Shown here piece after piece: positions 60,096 through 64,000 of a DNA stretch of 64,000 nucleotides. The notes under the pieces are model-generated. The model was not told the origin of the DNA and searched no databases. It was given only the letters and a program-made list of their open reading frames with translations. The position numbers and the translations under genes are program-made. The first letter of the stretch is position 1. Each line of letters starts with the position of its first letter. This DNA is from Candidatus Hermodarchaeum yapensis (GTDB lineage: Archaea; Asgardarchaeota; Hermodarchaeia; Hermodarchaeales; Hermodarchaeaceae), in contig JAEOSK010000002.1 of NCBI GenBank assembly GCA_016840405.1, positions 32,001 through 96,000 of the forward strand, in the 5' to 3' direction.

Positions 60096-61229
60096 ATGAG
60101 CAAACCCACATATATCTTCAAAGTTCCAGTTGCCGGTGATGGAGCAGTTGGAAAAACAAGTCTTATTGTTCGTTACACACAAGGGACCTTCACTGATACT
60201 TACAAAATGACAATCGGAACATCCTTTGCGGTAAAAACTGTGGACTTGGACAGTGTGATGGTTAAACTCCAAATCTGGGACCTAGCTGGACAACCACACT
60301 TTGGTGGAGTACGCCCCTTATTCTATCAGGGTTCTACTGGCGTTATTTACGTGTTCAGCGTAATCGATCGGTCATCCTTTGAACACTTGGTTGGGTGGCT
60401 CGAAGAGGCCCGAAAGAATGCAGGGAATGTGCCCGGTATTTTAATTGGAAATAAAACGGATTTGTTGGAACAACGAGAAGTTTCGCGTGAAGAGGCTGAA
60501 GCCTACGCTGCACAAGCTGGGTTGAAGTATATTGAGACGAGTGCGAAACTAGATGAGAACGTAGGGGATGCGTTTCAGCAGGTAGCAGTTACGATTATTC
60601 AAACGAAATGGCCGGAGTGGGGAGAGGTCGTGGAAGAACCAGTCCCTGCAGAACCTGAACCCGCCGTTAAAGCTCCAGCTGAGCCAGAGCTGGAGATTGA
60701 ACCAACTGAAGAACCCGCAGTTCCCGTTGAAGAACCGACTCCTGAGGAGCTATTAGTCGTAGAGGCAGAAATACCTGAAGCAACGTTTCCAGAACCAGAA
60801 ATACCCGAACCCATTCCTGTACCAGAATCTGAACCGTGGGTGGAAGAGGAGCCTGTTCCCCTTGACGAACCGGTTCCAATTGAAGAACCTGCTCCAACAA
60901 TTGAAAGTGTTGAACCCATTGAGCCAATAGAACCGCCGGTATCTGAGGAACCAACGATTACTCCTGCTGAATCTGTTCCTGTGGAAACACCACGTGAAGA
61001 AGCAGATATCGTTGTTGAGCATAAGGCTGAATCAAGTCTAGTAGAGTTTATCGGGGTTGATCCCCACTCACTCCAGGATGATGATTTTGAAAAACGAGCC
61101 GTGCACGCCATGAACCGTTTGGGTGTAAGTGAAGTCGGTGTATTGGGCACTTTTTTGCGAAGTCTTATCCGTCAAGGTCAACGTGATGTGGTAATTGAGA
61201 GTCTAGAAAGCCTTCAAGAAGAACGCTAG
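60096..61229 (+). CDS. Rab-like small GTPase with Pro/Glu-rich linker and C-terminal domain
   Basis: GDGAVGKT, TIG, WDLAGQ, NKTD, ETSAK. Confidence 0.93.
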   Translation: MSKPTYIFKVPVAGDGAVGKTSLIVRYTQGTFTDTYKMTIGTSFAVKTVDLDSVMVKLQIWDLAGQPHFGGVRPLFYQGSTGVIYVFSVIDRSSFEHLVGWLEEARKNAGNVPGILIGNKTDLLEQREVSREEAEAYAAQAGLKYIETSAKLDENVGDAFQQVAVTIIQTKWPEWGEVVEEPVPAEPEPAVKAPAEPELEIEPTEEPAVPVEEPTPEELLVVEAEIPEATFPEPEIPEPIPVPESEPWVEEEPVPLDEPVPIEEPAPTIESVEPIEPIEPPVSEEPTITPAESVPVETPREEADIVVEHKAESSLVEFIGVDPHSLQDDDFEKRAVHAMNRLGVSEVGVLGTFLRSLIRQGQRDVVIESLESLQEER

Positions 61230-61286
61230 CACTATCGGTTCATCATAGAGTGTTTGCCTTGAATTTGTTGGAAAGCAAAGTAGACA

Positions 61287-61700
61287 CTATCGACCTTGTT
61301 GGCGCGCTGCTAGTGCGGCAATGAAAAGCAACTGGGCAACGAGGATCATAATCGGATAGGTGATGGGGTCCCAATACCCATGGTCAGCAGTCACTAATAT
61401 GAGGCCGACTTCGTCAACTGCTAATCCCAGTCCTAATCCCAGAAAGAAGGCTCCAAATACTTGGGAATGACGGCTTTCCCAATAGAGTCCGATAAAGGCT
61501 CCCATGGTCATTAGGATAAGTCCCCAGAGGATATGGTGATAATGGTAGATGCCGGTTTCAATGCCAATACCGGGGGCAATCACCACGGTAATGAGCCGGG
61601 AGGCAACAATTGCAATGATATACCACACCAAAGTTATAGAGGTAATTTGAGCAATGGTCGCTGTTTTGAATCTCTCTGAAATTCTTTTTCTCGGACTCAT
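61287..61700 (-). CDS. Membrane protein (HYHH..WG, GLAVDE family)
   Basis: 4 TM; start set to ATG 61700. Confidence 0.7.
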   Translation of the reverse strand: MSPRKRISERFKTATIAQITSITLVWYIIAIVASRLITVVIAPGIGIETGIYHYHHILWGLILMTMGAFIGLYWESRHSQVFGAFFLGLGLGLAVDEVGLILVTADHGYWDPITYPIMILVAQLLFIAALAARQQGR

Positions 61701-61868
61701 GTCATTATCACTCCATAAAAGAAATGAGTTAGAGCTTAGTGTTGTTGGGTTCTCTGTTAAATAGCTTCGCCCCAAGATATGATGTTCAACTTCTAGAAGA
61801 CCAAGTGAGAAGTTATTTATGGAAGCGTGTTCGTTAGGTAGCGCTATCACTTTCTGAGCGGATATGCA

Positions 61869-62270
61869 ATGTTGTTTCTTACTCCTGAACAGATTGAGTT
61901 TATCTTCACTTTTGCAATTGAATTATTTGTGGCGACCTTAGCATTCTTCCTGTCTGGTCGGCTATTGTCAGGCGTGAATGCAAAATTCACAGATGCTATT
62001 TTCGTAGCCTTTTTGGGCCTACTACTCAAGTTTGCAATTGACTTTACGATTGGTATGGTACTGGTTCCCGGTCTCAATGAAATCGTGGTCTTTGCATGGA
62101 GTATTGTTTCATTGCTCGCCGCCTTTATTGTATGGATGTTATTGGTTCAACACTTCTTTGATTGTACATTCGTGCGAGGTCTTTTCATAGTGCTGATTGC
62201 ATTCATTCTGATTTTCGCCATCGACTTCGCTGTCTATTACATATTCTCAATCATTTTCCCTGGGCCATAA
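61869..62270 (+). CDS. Membrane hypothetical protein
   Basis: 4 TM, HFFDC. Confidence 0.65.
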   Translation: MLFLTPEQIEFIFTFAIELFVATLAFFLSGRLLSGVNAKFTDAIFVAFLGLLLKFAIDFTIGMVLVPGLNEIVVFAWSIVSLLAAFIVWMLLVQHFFDCTFVRGLFIVLIAFILIFAIDFAVYYIFSIIFPGP

Positions 62271-62408
62271 CGCGTTGCAGCATTGATTAGTTCGATTCAA
62301 AACTTAACTCATTCATATCATGACCGGAGAATTTATAGTTAAAAGGTATGACCGCAAATAAAAGAGGAGCTATTCGAGATTTCTCCACTCTATAGAGAAG
62401 TGTAAAAA

Positions 62409-63104
62409 ATGACAAAGCAATTAACGATGCCTGTTTACAAGCCTTGGTTTAAAGGGCCTGTTACGTATACTGACTCAGACATGGTTCAGGTAATCTTCAC
62501 ACCTACCGCTGAGAGCTACAAACGCATTCTTCCGAAACCTCTAGCCCCTGGGCTATTGGGGGGTGCCTATATTGCTAACTTCAGAAATTCCCAATTTGGG
62601 GATTTGTGGGAAGCTGGAATCGTAGTACAGTGCACGTATAAAGAACATTTCGGGGTGTATTCAGTTATTCAAATAACTGACAATGAAGCTTCCTCGATTG
62701 CACACCGTGAAATCTGGGGATTCCCTTCGAAACTTGGGAAAATAAAGTGTTCCCGAAAAGATGATCGATTCAAAGCGTCCGTTAAACGAGGGAAAGACAC
62801 TCTAATGAAGCTTGATATCAAGCTTGAAGGTCCTGGAGAATGGATTGACACTGGCTCAACAATTAATCTCAAACTCATACCAAGTGTCGATGGAGAAGGG
62901 TATGATGTTAATCAGCTCATTGCAGCAGATTTGCACACCACAGTTCATGAGGGTCTTGCTGGTGAAGGAAAACTAGCACTTGGTAGCACTGAACAGGATC
63001 CATTAGCTGATCTGGTCCAACTCGAAAATGTGGTGGCGGGAACATGGTTTAAGATTGATATGCATTTACCCTTTGGAAAAGTGATTGGCGAAGCTGAATT
63101 ATAA
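62409..63104 (+). CDS. Acetoacetate decarboxylase family protein
   Basis: LPKPL, REIWGFPSK, LKLIPSVDG. Confidence 0.8.
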   Translation: MTKQLTMPVYKPWFKGPVTYTDSDMVQVIFTPTAESYKRILPKPLAPGLLGGAYIANFRNSQFGDLWEAGIVVQCTYKEHFGVYSVIQITDNEASSIAHREIWGFPSKLGKIKCSRKDDRFKASVKRGKDTLMKLDIKLEGPGEWIDTGSTINLKLIPSVDGEGYDVNQLIAADLHTTVHEGLAGEGKLALGSTEQDPLADLVQLENVVAGTWFKIDMHLPFGKVIGEAEL

Positions 63105-63174
63105 TCTTAACTGAAAAATTTGGCATAGTATTCGAAAAATTAGGGGAATATCTCAGATAAAATCTGTCGCGTGA

Positions 63175-63999
63175 TTATTTTGCTATGGCTTTGCCTTCCA
63201 GTAATTGTTTAATATGTGAAGCGAAAGGATCATCTTCGATTTTGAGTATAATTGCATCACTGTGGTTTACATGTAACTCCTTTTTATCACCTATTTTGAT
63301 AGGTGTGTCAGGGTCAAGTTCCGCGTTGACAGAGTTGGTTCCACCAACATCAGCGTAGACGTGGTAGTAGCGTCCAGTGAAAACAACGCTTTCAATCGTG
63401 CTAGGTATTACGTTAAAGGGTTCTGTGGGTCTACGGACTTTGAAATCTTCAGGGCGTATAGCCACATAGACCTCTTCGCCTTTTCTTAAGGAGACGTCTT
63501 TGCTTGTTGTTCGTCCCTTAAGTTCTAAACCCCAAGGTGTCTCTATTACTGGCTTTCCACTATCGGTTTGTTTGATAGTTCCAGGGATGAAGGTACAGGA
63601 TCCTATGAAGTCCGCAACAAAGAGATTATGAGGTTCTTCATATATTTCTCGAGGAGAATCTACCTGCATTATTTTGCCAAGTTGCATTACGGCTATTCGA
63701 TCAGAGATGCTCAAAGCTTCTTCTTGGTCATGGGTTACGTAAATGGTTGTTATCCCGAATTCTTTTTGAATGCGTTTTATTTCGTGGCGCATTTCCAAAC
63801 GGAGCTTTGCGTCCAAATTACTTAATGGCTCATCAAGCAGAAGTACTGTAGGTTCGATAACTAATGCTCGAGCCAATGCGACACGCTGTTGTTGACCACC
63901 ACTTAATTGGAAAGGAGTTCGACCAGCTAAACCACCAAGTCTTACTAATTCAAGGATATCTTCAACCTTTTTTCTTATTGTCACTTTGGGAATTTTCCG
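63175..63999 (-). CDS. ABC transporter ATP-binding protein, PotA/FbpC-like with TOBE (5' part outside window)
   Basis: LSGGQQQRVALARAL, LLLDEPLSNLD, VTHDQEEA. Confidence 0.92.
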   Translation of the reverse strand, partial: RKIPKVTIRKKVEDILELVRLGGLAGRTPFQLSGGQQQRVALARALVIEPTVLLLDEPLSNLDAKLRLEMRHEIKRIQKEFGITTIYVTHDQEEALSISDRIAVMQLGKIMQVDSPREIYEEPHNLFVADFIGSCTFIPGTIKQTDSGKPVIETPWGLELKGRTTSKDVSLRKGEEVYVAIRPEDFKVRRPTEPFNVIPSTIESVVFTGRYYHVYADVGGTNSVNAELDPDTPIKIGDKKELHVNHSDAIILKIEDDPFASHIKQLLEGKAIAK

Positions 64000-64000
64000 G

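Noticed and set aside
60599-61150. Ser/Gly/Thr-rich antisense ORF
   Set aside because: Reverse complement of the EP-rich linker

Overview
Archaeal chromosomal window, most likely Asgard (inferred from a Rab-like GTPase, RING- and B-box-like zinc proteins, many Pro-rich/TM/Arg-tailed surface proteins, cofC, fwdD-like, thyX and archaeal asnA). Core or metabolic genes include ppdK, a form IV RuBisCO-like protein, an Ltp3/Ltp4-DUF35-CoA ligase cluster, NikR with a P1B ATPase, thyX, asnA with AsnC, and an ABC ATPase. The most unusual signals are two non-CRISPR repeat architectures. (1) 371-8618: two tandem integrated units bounded by a TTTCTTATTT core, with conserved left and right ends, repeated 12-bp arm-like sites and five copies of an internal 38-bp site separating cargo blocks. 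(2) 28156-36075: six co-oriented copies or fragments of a CTAACACGT/ACGTGTTAG-rich element with attC-like hairpins, two followed by homologous recombinase-like 5' stubs, interleaved with cargo (high-GC catalase, VapBC, CAAX protease, B-box protein). No intact recombinase lies in the window. Also noted: a candidate structured ncRNA (~58.83-58.99 kb), a SufS-like protein with complementary duplicated halves, and several apparent pseudo-enzymes. All product calls are from motif recognition by eye, not database searches.
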